DNA of 25,581 nucleotides from IMG/VR virus record IMGVR_UViG_3300032330_000018, positions 1 to 25,581 of that record; one strand, written 5' to 3'. The position numbers and the translations under genes are program-made. Below the pieces are notes generated by a model. The model worked only from the letters and a program-made list of their open reading frames with translations, did no database searches and was not told the DNA's origin. Source of the DNA: a virus (lineage: Duplodnaviria > Caudoviricetes). This document shows, piece after piece, positions 15,909 through 24,536 of the stretch. Position 1 is the stretch's first letter. Each line of letters opens with the position of its first letter.

Positions 15909-16910
15909 TTAGGCTATCAAAACGCCGCTAAATTGCGGACCAGATGAGCAAAGATTACCAGCCCAGCCAATTAGCTTAACAATAGCGTCTTGGTTGATTG
16001 CTTGACGTTCGCCACCGATAGGCACAAAGTTGCGATCAACGTGCGGTCTAAAGAATATGTATTTAGTATTCAAGAACCACATGTGATTAGCAGTAGCGGC
16101 AGAACCGATACCACCGTCTAGCACAACGTCTGAAGCCATACCTGCGCCGTAGTATTTCAACGATGCAAAGCCTGCGCCTGCCATGCTTGAGCCAGAATCA
16201 GAGATACGCTGAATTGACTGCAATGATTGCAAGTAGAGACGGTAGTAGTTATTGTCAGCAACGATCAAGTCGGGCTTGTCCGTTCCACGAATCAATTGAA
16301 CTGCGATTGAGTCCATGTATTGCTGGATGTTTGATGCAGTAGTAGCAGCACCACCATTGGTTACGCCTGAGTATGCAACCGAGCGCCAGAATGACCAGGT
16401 AGCGCGATTGATACCGCCGTATGTGCCGGTAGCAGGACTATCAGGCACAGCAGCAGCCAAACCGGTGATATTCTTGCCGCTATTGCCAGTGCCGTCTAAA
16501 TAGATATCGCTACCTAAACGGTTAGCTAACTGAGCTTCAGCAACATTCATACGACCATCTAGCAAGTCAATGATTGCTTCTTTGCCGCTATTCTGGATCA
16601 TTTCTAAGCCAGAAATCGACACAGCAGCAGCATATTGCGTGATGCTAAATTGAGCAGAGCTGATTGGGCTGTTTTGGCTGACATTCAATACTTCATAACC
16701 AGAATATGAATTCGTGTTATTGGTAGTGGTGTCGTTATACATAATCTCTTGAAGGATTACGTTACCGCCTGAGAAAGTCTTTACATTGCCACGCTCTTTG
16801 AGTCGGCGCAGTAAAGCATTGTTGTTTGTTACGTTATCAGCTAATTCACCACTACGGCTTTGTATGTTAGTCGCAATGATGTCGCTGATAGAGCTATTGG
16901 CAAATGCCAT
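15909..16910 (-). CDS. major capsid protein (HK97 fold)
   Basis: 333 aa after the scaffold with strong AAGGAG SD. ELADNVTNNNALL..L...G..KTFSGG..I, KPDLIVADNNYY and GF.SLKY motifs of a widespread phage capsid family. Confidence 0.88.
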   Translation of the reverse strand: MAFANSSISDIIATNIQSRSGELADNVTNNNALLRRLKERGNVKTFSGGNVILQEIMYNDTTTNNTNSYSGYEVLNVSQNSPISSAQFSITQYAAAVSISGLEMIQNSGKEAIIDLLDGRMNVAEAQLANRLGSDIYLDGTGNSGKNITGLAAAVPDSPATGTYGGINRATWSFWRSVAYSGVTNGGAATTASNIQQYMDSIAVQLIRGTDKPDLIVADNNYYRLYLQSLQSIQRISDSGSSMAGAGFASLKYYGAGMASDVVLDGGIGSAATANHMWFLNTKYIFFRPHVDRNFVPIGGERQAINQDAIVKLIGWAGNLCSSGPQFSGVLIA

Positions 16911-16936
16911 AATTAATACTCCTTATCAGTTTGAGA

Positions 16937-17938
16937 TCAAAAACGCGAACCGATGGCATCAAATTGCTCTGCCAACAATGCACGTCTGTCTTGCGCTTTG
17001 GTAGCCGTGACCACTCCGGGTGTAGAGCTTCTAACGCTAACCGCAGCCGCCCTGGCTGATTTCGCAGCCTTGTCAGCTCTTGATCTTTTCTCAGAATCCA
17101 ATTCAGCTTGTCGGCTTTGTTGAACAGTATCAAATAGATTAGAGTCGAGGCGTATTGCTTTTTCGTACGCATCTTCCAGTGTTTGTGCAACACCGCTTTG
17201 TAGCAGTTGCACCATGACCGGTCGAGCTTCCTCAAAATACTCAGCCTTTTGAGCAAATTGGTTGATTTCGCCCAATAAAGACTGATTTTGCACCTGTTCT
17301 TGCTGTTCCTTCCATGTCATCACCTCGCCACGAACCTTATTTAATTCGTTTTGAAGTGCATAAATAGTCGGATCAATCGGGTTTTGCTGTGGGCTTTGCT
17401 CGATTTGTCCTAAATTTACACCATATTGCTGTGCAAGTCTACTAAATAATTGCACTTTTTCTTGTGGTGTGCTATAGCGCAGTGAATGGTCTGCCTCAAG
17501 CAGCGCTTTTACCGCATCTTTAGGCTGCAATCCAAGCCCGCGTATTGTGCTTTCAAATGGCGTAATTACTTCCTGCATTTGATCGGCAAATTGTGCTTTG
17601 CTAATTAATGGTTCAACGCCTGCTCGCATTTGTTCTTCGCGCTGCCAGGCATACTCACGCAATTTAGGATCGGCAGTTTTCCAGACCTCGTGATAATCCT
17701 TTTTCCACGATGCGGGTGGGCGTGACCATACTGGTTCTTCAACAACGTCTTGAGTTTCTTGCTGCTCTTGAGCTTGTCTAGGCGCAAATTTACCGTCTGA
17801 CGCTCTAACTCGTTCTTCTTGCTCTGGCCTTACATCTGGTGGATTCTCTGCAATCTCATCAAATTGTTGAGACAGCAATTCGCGTCTAGCATCGGGTGAT
17901 TCAGCCAATGGTGCAATTTCATTTAATGATTCAGACAT
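16937..17938 (-). CDS. capsid scaffolding protein
   Basis: Acidic N-terminus with RASDGKFA, PPASWK, a Glu/Gln-rich helical body, LEDAYEKA, and a basic C-terminus. Immediately upstream of the capsid gene. Confidence 0.8.
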   Translation of the reverse strand: MSESLNEIAPLAESPDARRELLSQQFDEIAENPPDVRPEQEERVRASDGKFAPRQAQEQQETQDVVEEPVWSRPPASWKKDYHEVWKTADPKLREYAWQREEQMRAGVEPLISKAQFADQMQEVITPFESTIRGLGLQPKDAVKALLEADHSLRYSTPQEKVQLFSRLAQQYGVNLGQIEQSPQQNPIDPTIYALQNELNKVRGEVMTWKEQQEQVQNQSLLGEINQFAQKAEYFEEARPVMVQLLQSGVAQTLEDAYEKAIRLDSNLFDTVQQSRQAELDSEKRSRADKAAKSARAAAVSVRSSTPGVVTATKAQDRRALLAEQFDAIGSRF

Positions 17939-17959
17939 TTGTATTTCTCCCTGTGGGGG

Positions 17960-18289
17960 TTATTTACGATTAAAACGAAGATCATCACGCAGCTTTGTGA
18001 GGATTTTATTAGCCTGGCTGTGCGTCATTCCCGCGAGCTGTTCGCGCAACACTTCCCGTCTGCTGTCTTTAACTTGAGTCGGTCGAGTTTCCATCTTCTC
18101 GTTCCCAATCTCAATACAATTGTGCGCCCTTAAATGCGCCCGATGGTGCGATCTGCTTGTGATGATGCTGCCGTCTGCCATGCTTTGATATGGTTGAATA
18201 TCTGGCATCACGTAATGCAGCTCAGTGGTGGGCGTGTGACCATCTAACTCGATAGCTTCGCCATCTCTGTATATCCAAGATTTTCTCAT
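17960..18289 (-). CDS. conserved phage head-module hypothetical protein
   Basis: VMPDIQPYQSMADGSIITSRSHHRAHLRAHNCIEIGNE motif. ATGA-coupled to the upstream gene. Confidence 0.7.
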   Translation of the reverse strand: MRKSWIYRDGEAIELDGHTPTTELHYVMPDIQPYQSMADGSIITSRSHHRAHLRAHNCIEIGNEKMETRPTQVKDSRREVLREQLAGMTHSQANKILTKLRDDLRFNRK

Positions 18290-19140
18290 AATAGGGCCAA
18301 TACTTCCTCATCGTCTAAGTCAATGTAATTACTCCAAATTGCCTCAACCCTGTCAAGATCGGCAAATAGAGCGTCATAATCAATCTGCTTTACCGGCATT
18401 TCCTGCTGATCTACAACTAACTGCGTAAACGGTTCTGCTATTTCCTCGGCAAACTCTGGTCTGCCTTCCACTACTATTTCGTAAGCATTTAATATTGCTT
18501 CGCGCCGCTTTGCTGCCCGCGCTTGTTCCTCTGCAAATTTCTTACCTAAAAAGTCACCATCGTGCGTATCGTCAATCACAATGATTGGCTGGCCTGATAC
18601 TGTAAGATTTCCAACCTGCCCTGTAGCTGTAACACCTGTAAGCGCTACAACGATATCAGCGCTAACATTAACACTACCAACCGCGCCGATAGCCTCAACG
18701 CCTGTGAACGCCACTACTACATCAATACCAACACTACCCACCGCGCCGGTAGCCTGCACGCCTGTAAGCGCTACGGTGACCGCCTCACCCTCAGTGCCGA
18801 CCTGCCCTGTTGCCTGTACACCAGTAAGCTCAATGGTGATATTGGCTGCGGTCGTGCCAACTGCCCCAGTTGATTCATTACCGGTAATTGAATTGCTATT
18901 TGCGCTTGTTAGTGCACCTGCCGATCCTGTAGCTTGATTACCGCTTAGCGCAACAGATTGTGATGTGCCTAGATTGCCTACCCCGCCAGTGGCCTCATTG
19001 CCAGTAATGTTTAAACTATCCCAAAGCGCAGCATCCCAAGTGCCGGTATCCCAAACTCCATTAGTGTTAGCGGCAGGAGTAGGACTAACGCTTCCCGAAG
19101 CTCCTAAAGGTGCACCGCTTAATGGATATAAACCTAACAT
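18286..19140 (-). CDS. virion structural protein with seven ~20-aa beta repeats and acidic helical C-terminus
   Basis: MLGLYPLSGAPLGAS N-terminus, WDxxxWDxxxWD, repeats of LTGVQATGxVG, and C-terminal DDEEVLALL. Confidence 0.65.
   Translation of the reverse strand: MLGLYPLSGAPLGASGSVSPTPAANTNGVWDTGTWDAALWDSLNITGNEATGGVGNLGTSQSVALSGNQATGSAGALTSANSNSITGNESTGAVGTTAANITIELTGVQATGQVGTEGEAVTVALTGVQATGAVGSVGIDVVVAFTGVEAIGAVGSVNVSADIVVALTGVTATGQVGNLTVSGQPIIVIDDTHDGDFLGKKFAEEQARAAKRREAILNAYEIVVEGRPEFAEEIAEPFTQLVVDQQEMPVKQIDYDALFADLDRVEAIWSNYIDLDDEEVLALL
18589..19011 (-). repeat. seven tandem ~20-aa (60-nt) coding repeats
   Basis: NITGNEATGGVG / ALSGNQATGSAG / SITGNESTGAVG / ELTGVQATGQVG / ALTGVQATGAVG / AFTGVEAIGAVG / ALTGVTATGQVG. 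Confidence 0.85.
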
Positions 19141-19433
19141 TATTTATCAATTTCTATTAAAGGTTCCCATAAACAAGTTTCATCGTTTAATACATAAGAA
19201 TCATCTGGTTTTGGTGGGATAAACGCATCTCTAACTGCGTCATAAGTAAATCCAATCCCAGCATAATTTTTACGCAGCGGAGTGCCACCAGTAGCGTGAA
19301 CGCCGCCATGCGTATTGTATGAAGTTTGAATCCAATCACCTGGGCTTGAATCCACAAAAGTATTAAAAAAATCTGGTTCAGCAGCAATAACCCGAGTAAC
19401 TGTTCCATTAACAACTTTTGCAAAATAACTCAT
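19140..19433 (-). CDS. small partner (probable assembly chaperone or tip) of Gly-rich fibre protein
   Basis: MSYFAKVVNG.VTRVI...WIQTSYNT...LRKNYAGIGFTYD..RDAFIPPKP...L...TCLWE, a family I recall directly after Gly-rich phage fibre genes. ATGA overlap. Confidence 0.65.
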   Translation of the reverse strand: MSYFAKVVNGTVTRVIAAEPDFFNTFVDSSPGDWIQTSYNTHGGVHATGGTPLRKNYAGIGFTYDAVRDAFIPPKPDDSYVLNDETCLWEPLIEIDK

Positions 19434-20890
19434 GCTGTATAAGTCCCCGAAGATGTAAATGTCAAAATTGTATAAGAGCCTGATGTTGTAACGGTTGGAG
19501 AGCCTGTAGTTACTCCTGTATAAATATATGTTGGTATGGAAAGTATAACTACTCCTTTACCCCCAGACCCCCCAGACCCAGCAAGTGGAACTGTGCAGCC
19601 ACCGCCGCCGCCACCTGAGCCTGTATTAATAGCTCCATCACTAGCAACAACATTAGAACTACTGCCTGTTCCACCAACGCCTGAACCCCCCGTACCAGCC
19701 GTGCCGTTATCCTGTGTTCCACCACCACCACCCCCTGCATAAAACACGGCAGAACCTGTAATTGTATTTGAAAACCCTGCGCCGCCATTTCCGCCAGTAG
19801 TTCCATTACCAGCCGCGCCAACAGCGGTCGCACCGCCGCCACCACCGCCGCCATACTTAGTTGCAACAGTTGAACCAGCTCCACCAGCAAAACCTTGTCC
19901 TGATGTACCTGAGCCAACTGTTGCAGTACCTGCACCACCACCACCTGACCCCCCACTTGTAGCAGCTTGACTCGTTGTAGGGTTACTCCAATACCCCCCA
20001 CGCCCACCGCCAACCGTTGCAGTTAAAGAAAGTGTGCCACCTGTTAATGTTGAATTATCCCCGGCTGTAGGAGGTGTTATACCTATCCCACCTACTCCAC
20101 CAGCACCAACGGTAGCGGTATAAGTTGTTCCAACAGTCAAAGTACCTGTTGAATCATATAAATACCCGCCAGCGCCGCCACCACCACAACCACCGCCATT
20201 TGTAGATGACCCACCACCCCCGCCACCACCCGCCACTATTAAATAAGACATTAAATAAGAAATAGGTGCAGCAGTAACATATTGTTGAGCATAAGAAACC
20301 CAACCTTGTGTTGCATCAATGTAAACAAAATTAAGGGCTTGACGAGCAATACGTATAGCAGTATTTAGTGCACTACCTTCAATATTGCTACCATTTCTAT
20401 TAATGGTAATAAAATTTGTACCCGCAGTTCCAGCATAATCAACAATGGTTACAACATCTCCTATGTTTGGGCTTGCTGGTAGAGTTACTGTAATTGCCGC
20501 GCTTGTTGTATTAACCGGATAAGCGTATCCATTTACGGCAGTAAAATTAGAAGTTTGAACGCTTTGCCATTGCAAAAATTTACCATTACCAGGTATTTGT
20601 TGCGCCGGTAAAGTAACAAACACATTAGAAGTGCCAATTAAAGATATAGCTGCTGTAGTTCCTAAAGAGTTTGAGTAAATAGTAGTGCGAGCAAGTGTAG
20701 GCCCAGTAGTTGAATATGTGCCAAGACCAACCTCCCATGCAGAGCCGCTAGTAATACAATAATAAGTTGTACTCCCGTTGCCAACTGCGGCAAAAGATTG
20801 AAACCCAGCAACAGCACCAGCAAGCGTAATTGTTCCAGTGCCTGTCGTGGTAGTTGTTTCTTGGATTCTGTCTTTTAATGCAAATGCCAT
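19430..20890 (-). CDS. glycine-rich fibre/adhesin-like virion protein
   Basis: N-terminal LKDRIQETTTTTGTGTITL domain, a central VTLPASP..GD.VTIVD domain, and a C-terminal Gly-rich domain (YLIVAGGGGGG...GGSGGKGVVIL) of polyglycine-II bundle type. Confidence 0.75.
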   Translation of the reverse strand: MAFALKDRIQETTTTTGTGTITLAGAVAGFQSFAAVGNGSTTYYCITSGSAWEVGLGTYSTTGPTLARTTIYSNSLGTTAAISLIGTSNVFVTLPAQQIPGNGKFLQWQSVQTSNFTAVNGYAYPVNTTSAAITVTLPASPNIGDVVTIVDYAGTAGTNFITINRNGSNIEGSALNTAIRIARQALNFVYIDATQGWVSYAQQYVTAAPISYLMSYLIVAGGGGGGGSSTNGGGCGGGGAGGYLYDSTGTLTVGTTYTATVGAGGVGGIGITPPTAGDNSTLTGGTLSLTATVGGGRGGYWSNPTTSQAATSGGSGGGGAGTATVGSGTSGQGFAGGAGSTVATKYGGGGGGGATAVGAAGNGTTGGNGGAGFSNTITGSAVFYAGGGGGGTQDNGTAGTGGSGVGGTGSSSNVVASDGAINTGSGGGGGGCTVPLAGSGGSGGKGVVILSIPTYIYTGVTTGSPTVTTSGSYTILTFTSSGTYTA

Positions 20891-20926
20891 AATTTACCCT
20901 TTAGATGGTTAAAGCGCCTTGTGTTA

Positions 20927-21382
20927 TTAAGCAATTCTTATTAGCGCGTTAGTCGCATCGTTTGTTGGCATTGTCAGCGTGAAATTGCCAGCCGTAACAG
21001 TCTGAGCGCCAAATGTATGCACTGAGATTGCCTTATTGCTTTGAGTCGAGTTATAGACCAACGCGCAGTCAAATGACGTAGACAGCGTGACGTTAGTCCA
21101 ACTAAAACTCGCACTTGGTGTCCAATACGCAGTTGTGCCGGTGCTTGTTGGCGCTGTTGCATTAGTAACGGTAACACCGCCTGCACTGTAATTAGTGCCG
21201 CTAACCTCGCCTGTAACGGCATAGGCTGTCGTGCCTGCGCCCTGACTAGCACTAGCAAGGTATAACGCCGCCTTGAGCGTATCGGCTGCTGTAGATGCCC
21301 TTACAACGCTTGTGCCAAGCGCATGAATGCCGCTCAATATCTCAGTTTTAAAACTCGTACACATTGCTTGACTATTAGCCAT
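20927..21382 (-). CDS. conserved phage structural protein
   Basis: MANSQAMCTSFK.EIL, LKAALY, EVSGTNYSAGG, ALVYN and FG.QTVTAGNFTL motifs. Thr/Ala/Ser-rich and beta-like. Confidence 0.65.
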   Translation of the reverse strand: MANSQAMCTSFKTEILSGIHALGTSVVRASTAADTLKAALYLASASQGAGTTAYAVTGEVSGTNYSAGGVTVTNATAPTSTGTTAYWTPSASFSWTNVTLSTSFDCALVYNSTQSNKAISVHTFGAQTVTAGNFTLTMPTNDATNALIRIA

Positions 21383-21566
21383 TGAAGCCCCCTATCTCAG
21401 TTGTTGACACTACTGCTTTCTTTAAAGTCACATGCACCGACCGATGCACCATCTCGCCACATGTCCAATATTCCACCCATGTGGTGCGCTCGTTCTCATC
21501 TTCAAATTCACCTTCGCGCTTTTCCAGCAGCGCTTCATCCATCTCACCTCTGGTGGTATTAACCAT
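21375..21566 (-). CDS. 63-aa phage hypothetical protein
   Basis: GAGG SD in the portal 3' end and 8-nt overlaps on both sides. WVEYW...VHRSVHV motif. Confidence 0.65.
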   Translation of the reverse strand: MVNTTRGEMDEALLEKREGEFEDENERTTWVEYWTCGEMVHRSVHVTLKKAVVSTTEIGGFNG

Positions 21567-23892
21567 GATGCACCTCTACGCCGATCACTTTACCGTCTGC
21601 GCCGCGCACCACGCGCTTGGGCGCTGACAACATTTGCATGGCTGTGCCGATTTTGTCCATTGTTTCGCCGTGCATGTTTTGCATATTGTTTTGCATATCA
21701 GCCATTCTATGAATTGCATTAGTTACATGATCGCCAAGCTCTGCACTGATCTTCTCAGATGCCGCTTGTTGCGCCTCGATCATTGGCAAATCAAGTCCAG
21801 GATTAGCGCCGATCCGCGCAACCATGATCTTAGTTGCCGCATCAAGTTCTGCTTTCCACTTCTCCATCTCTTGCCGTGATCTGATCTCCATCTCTTTTAA
21901 TTGCTGCTCGTGTTGTTGTTTCTGAGCCTCAATCTGCGCCGCATTCTGAGCTTTCATTTGCTCAAGCTGCGCTTCTGCCTGTATCTTAATCTGTGTAGCT
22001 TGTGTTTCTGTTTGTACTTTAAGTTGTACAGCTTGAGCTTCCGCTTGCATCTTCATCTGTGCGATCTGGCCATCTGCTTGCATACGCGCTTGCTCACTAG
22101 CTTGTTGTGCCTTAATCTTCTCAGCCTCTGGGTTTGGCTTAGGTTGTGGATTGGCCTGTGCTTTCTTCAACTGGTCAAGCGCTGCATCTAGTGCGCCCTC
22201 AATTGGCTTGGATTGCTTGAATGCCGAGATACCAAATTTCATAACTTCCACCAACATCGGTGTCATTTCTGGGCTTGATTGTGCAACTGGTAACGCCTCA
22301 CGCATAAAGCCACCAAATGCCTGGATAAACTCCATCCGGTCGCGCTTGGTCTGCGCCTCATCAATCTGCACCAACGAGTCAGCAGCAACCTCAATCCTAA
22401 AATTACGCAGTGGCTTGTCTTTAATAAGCTGCAACGCTTGCGGTATCATCTGCTGATCCGCAGGCTGCATCTGCTGTGCCGCAGCATAACTTAGTATTGT
22501 TTGTGGCTGAAATTTAGAGCAGATTACTTGCGCTTTTAACCGAATAAGCTCACTGGCAAATAGCGCCACATCCTCCTGCATCGAGCGAAGTCGCAGACCT
22601 GCATACTGGCCTTTAATTTGTTGTGCAGTTGCAGTCTCACTTGCAAGCGATGCGCCTCGGATAATGTCACTAATCCCAGTGATTTCGTAGATTTGTTGCT
22701 TGATCTCGGTGCGAGCGCGATAGCACTGCATCAACGCTTCGGCAAGCTGGTCAATTGGCAGAATATCAATGCTGCCTTTTAGCCCGCCCTTTTCACTGAA
22801 TGCCATCCATTTATCAACTGGGATTAACGTATTGTTGTCACCCTCAGTTAATAGGCGCTGCAATGCAGGCTGGCTTGCGTCATACACACCGCGAACCCGC
22901 AGCGCTTTGACTAAACCGTCAATCCGGTCGCTAAGAATATCTAACTCATTAGCTTGGTCTTGATATAGAACAAAGTCCGGCACTGGGATTAGTGTATCGG
23001 ATGTGGTCGTGCTGTATAACGGCTTACCGCAGGGGAAGAATCCTTCTACACCTAATGGATCATCACGCTCATCAATAATGCTTGCGTGATTCTTACTAAA
23101 CCAGTAAACCTTGCCCGATTCTTTATCCCACAGCTCGCATATTTTAGCGCGAGTGCGCTCTTTAGTATTCTGGCCATAAGTCGTTTGCGTATCTGGATTT
23201 GAGTCTAGCGGTATTGTTCTGGCCATTTCCTCGCCAAAACGCTCAACTAGAGCCTCTTTCGTCATGTATACCCAACGCCACACGCACGTCACTTCTTCCC
23301 ATGTGCGAGCAACAGAATGCCCAAAGTCTTTCCAATGCACGTAATCAGTCGGCGCACACTCATACTCGATCTGCTCTTGCGGTTCAACCTCGCCCGCAGT
23401 CGCACCCAACGCAGTCTGTGGCTTACCATGTTGATCTACCTCATCAATGTCCTCAGTGACTTGCAAGCCATCCTCTGGCACATCCTGCTCAGTAACATGC
23501 GGTTCATACCGCACCCACGCAGTGCCACGACCGCCCAAGAAACGATCTTCAACCGCATGGCGCATGGTGCTGCGAAAGTCTGGGTAATGCTCAATCTCAA
23601 AGTCAAGCGCCCGCTCAATCAATTGCCCAGCCACACGGCCTACTGGATCATTATCCCCAAACCGGCGTGACACGTCAGCCTTTGGCAGCTTCGCATAGAC
23701 AGCAGGTATAAGCGTCTGCACGTTTGACCACAGAATATTAAATTTAGCTGTCTCATTAGTATGCGAGCTGCGATTGTCATCACGATAGCGTTTGACGATC
23801 TTTTGCGCTCTAGCTTCCCATTTCTTAAACTCATTGTCATACGCACCGACAACATTGAGCCATTTCTGCACACCAGTGCTAGTCTGTTCCAT
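21559..23892 (-). CDS. portal protein (P22-like, long C-terminal coiled-coil barrel)
   Basis: 777 aa after the terminase. FNILWSNVQTL, GRGTAWVRY, IYEITGISDI.RG...SETATAQQIK and FRIEVAADS motifs. Gln/Ala/Glu/Lys-rich C-terminal extension. Confidence 0.88.
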   Translation of the reverse strand: MEQTSTGVQKWLNVVGAYDNEFKKWEARAQKIVKRYRDDNRSSHTNETAKFNILWSNVQTLIPAVYAKLPKADVSRRFGDNDPVGRVAGQLIERALDFEIEHYPDFRSTMRHAVEDRFLGGRGTAWVRYEPHVTEQDVPEDGLQVTEDIDEVDQHGKPQTALGATAGEVEPQEQIEYECAPTDYVHWKDFGHSVARTWEEVTCVWRWVYMTKEALVERFGEEMARTIPLDSNPDTQTTYGQNTKERTRAKICELWDKESGKVYWFSKNHASIIDERDDPLGVEGFFPCGKPLYSTTTSDTLIPVPDFVLYQDQANELDILSDRIDGLVKALRVRGVYDASQPALQRLLTEGDNNTLIPVDKWMAFSEKGGLKGSIDILPIDQLAEALMQCYRARTEIKQQIYEITGISDIIRGASLASETATAQQIKGQYAGLRLRSMQEDVALFASELIRLKAQVICSKFQPQTILSYAAAQQMQPADQQMIPQALQLIKDKPLRNFRIEVAADSLVQIDEAQTKRDRMEFIQAFGGFMREALPVAQSSPEMTPMLVEVMKFGISAFKQSKPIEGALDAALDQLKKAQANPQPKPNPEAEKIKAQQASEQARMQADGQIAQMKMQAEAQAVQLKVQTETQATQIKIQAEAQLEQMKAQNAAQIEAQKQQHEQQLKEMEIRSRQEMEKWKAELDAATKIMVARIGANPGLDLPMIEAQQAASEKISAELGDHVTNAIHRMADMQNNMQNMHGETMDKIGTAMQMLSAPKRVVRGADGKVIGVEVHHG

Positions 23893-23925
23893 GTTATTGC
23901 CTAATAATTAATTGGTTAATCGGCA

Positions 23926-24213
23926 TTACTTATTTCTTTTAGATATCGCATGAGCCTTAGCGCGAGCATCTTCTTTGCTAGACGCGCCCCATGCTTTAAG
24001 CGCTAACGCTAGGCGTGTTGGCTTGCCGTTTTTTTCCATTGGACCAGGCATGTTGCCCATTCGCGCAAGAAACGATGACCTGCGAGGATTATCGCCTGAC
24101 TTGACTGGTGGCTTTAATTCGCCGCCCGTCTCAGCCTTATAGCTAGCCCTGCCCTTAGCATTTAAGCCACCAGACGGATTCTTGCCTTCTTTTCTAGTCC
24201 ACGCTGCGCTCAT
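23926..24213 (-). CDS. basic phage protein, DUF6321-like
   Basis: GGLNAKGRASY...LKPPV...RRSSFLARM...RLALALKAW. Highly Lys/Arg-rich. Family name recalled, not searched. Confidence 0.6.
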   Translation of the reverse strand: MSAAWTRKEGKNPSGGLNAKGRASYKAETGGELKPPVKSGDNPRRSSFLARMGNMPGPMEKNGKPTRLALALKAWGASSKEDARAKAHAISKRNK

Positions 24214-24536
24214 TATGCTGAAAATATCCCGACAGCCATGACTTCAACGCCTGCGCCAGTGGTGATTTTCCAAGCGCCATTAGCCGACACCACATTTAAC
24301 TCAATGTTGTATACGCCAACACCGCCGCCTACGCTATTAGGCAAAACTGTATGCGTCAAGATGCCAGTGCCTGAACCGTCAATAATCTGAACCAAAGATG
24401 TTGATGCGGTAGTCACTGTGCAAATCAGGCGATGCAGGTAGTCACCAACTGCGCCAGTGCCGCCTAATACTTGTGCGGATGATGATGCTGCAACATGCTC
24501 ATAAAAATAACGATAGGGATTGTTTACGCCGCTCAT
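24213..24536 (-). CDS. 107-aa phage hypothetical protein (beta-rich, possibly virion-associated)
   Basis: ATGA overlap with the terminase and TAATG overlap with the next gene. Gly/Val/Thr-rich. Confidence 0.65.
   Translation of the reverse strand: MSGVNNPYRYFYEHVAASSSAQVLGGTGAVGDYLHRLICTVTTASTSLVQIIDGSGTGILTHTVLPNSVGGGVGVYNIELNVVSANGAWKITTGAGVEVMAVGIFSA

Noticed and set aside
16894-17256. Alternate-frame ORF bridging the scaffold end and capsid start (possible frameshift product)
   Set aside because: No slippery site or SD noticed. It ends out of frame with the capsid and has no recognisable features.
19536-20235. C/G-rich tracts, poly-Pro antisense ORF and possible G-quadruplexes
   Set aside because: Fully explained by runs of Gly codons in the adhesin gene.
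20891-20926. Short CTTTA/TAAAG inverted repeat upstream of the Gly-rich gene
   Set aside because: Only five mostly A-T pairs and no U-tract; too weak to call.
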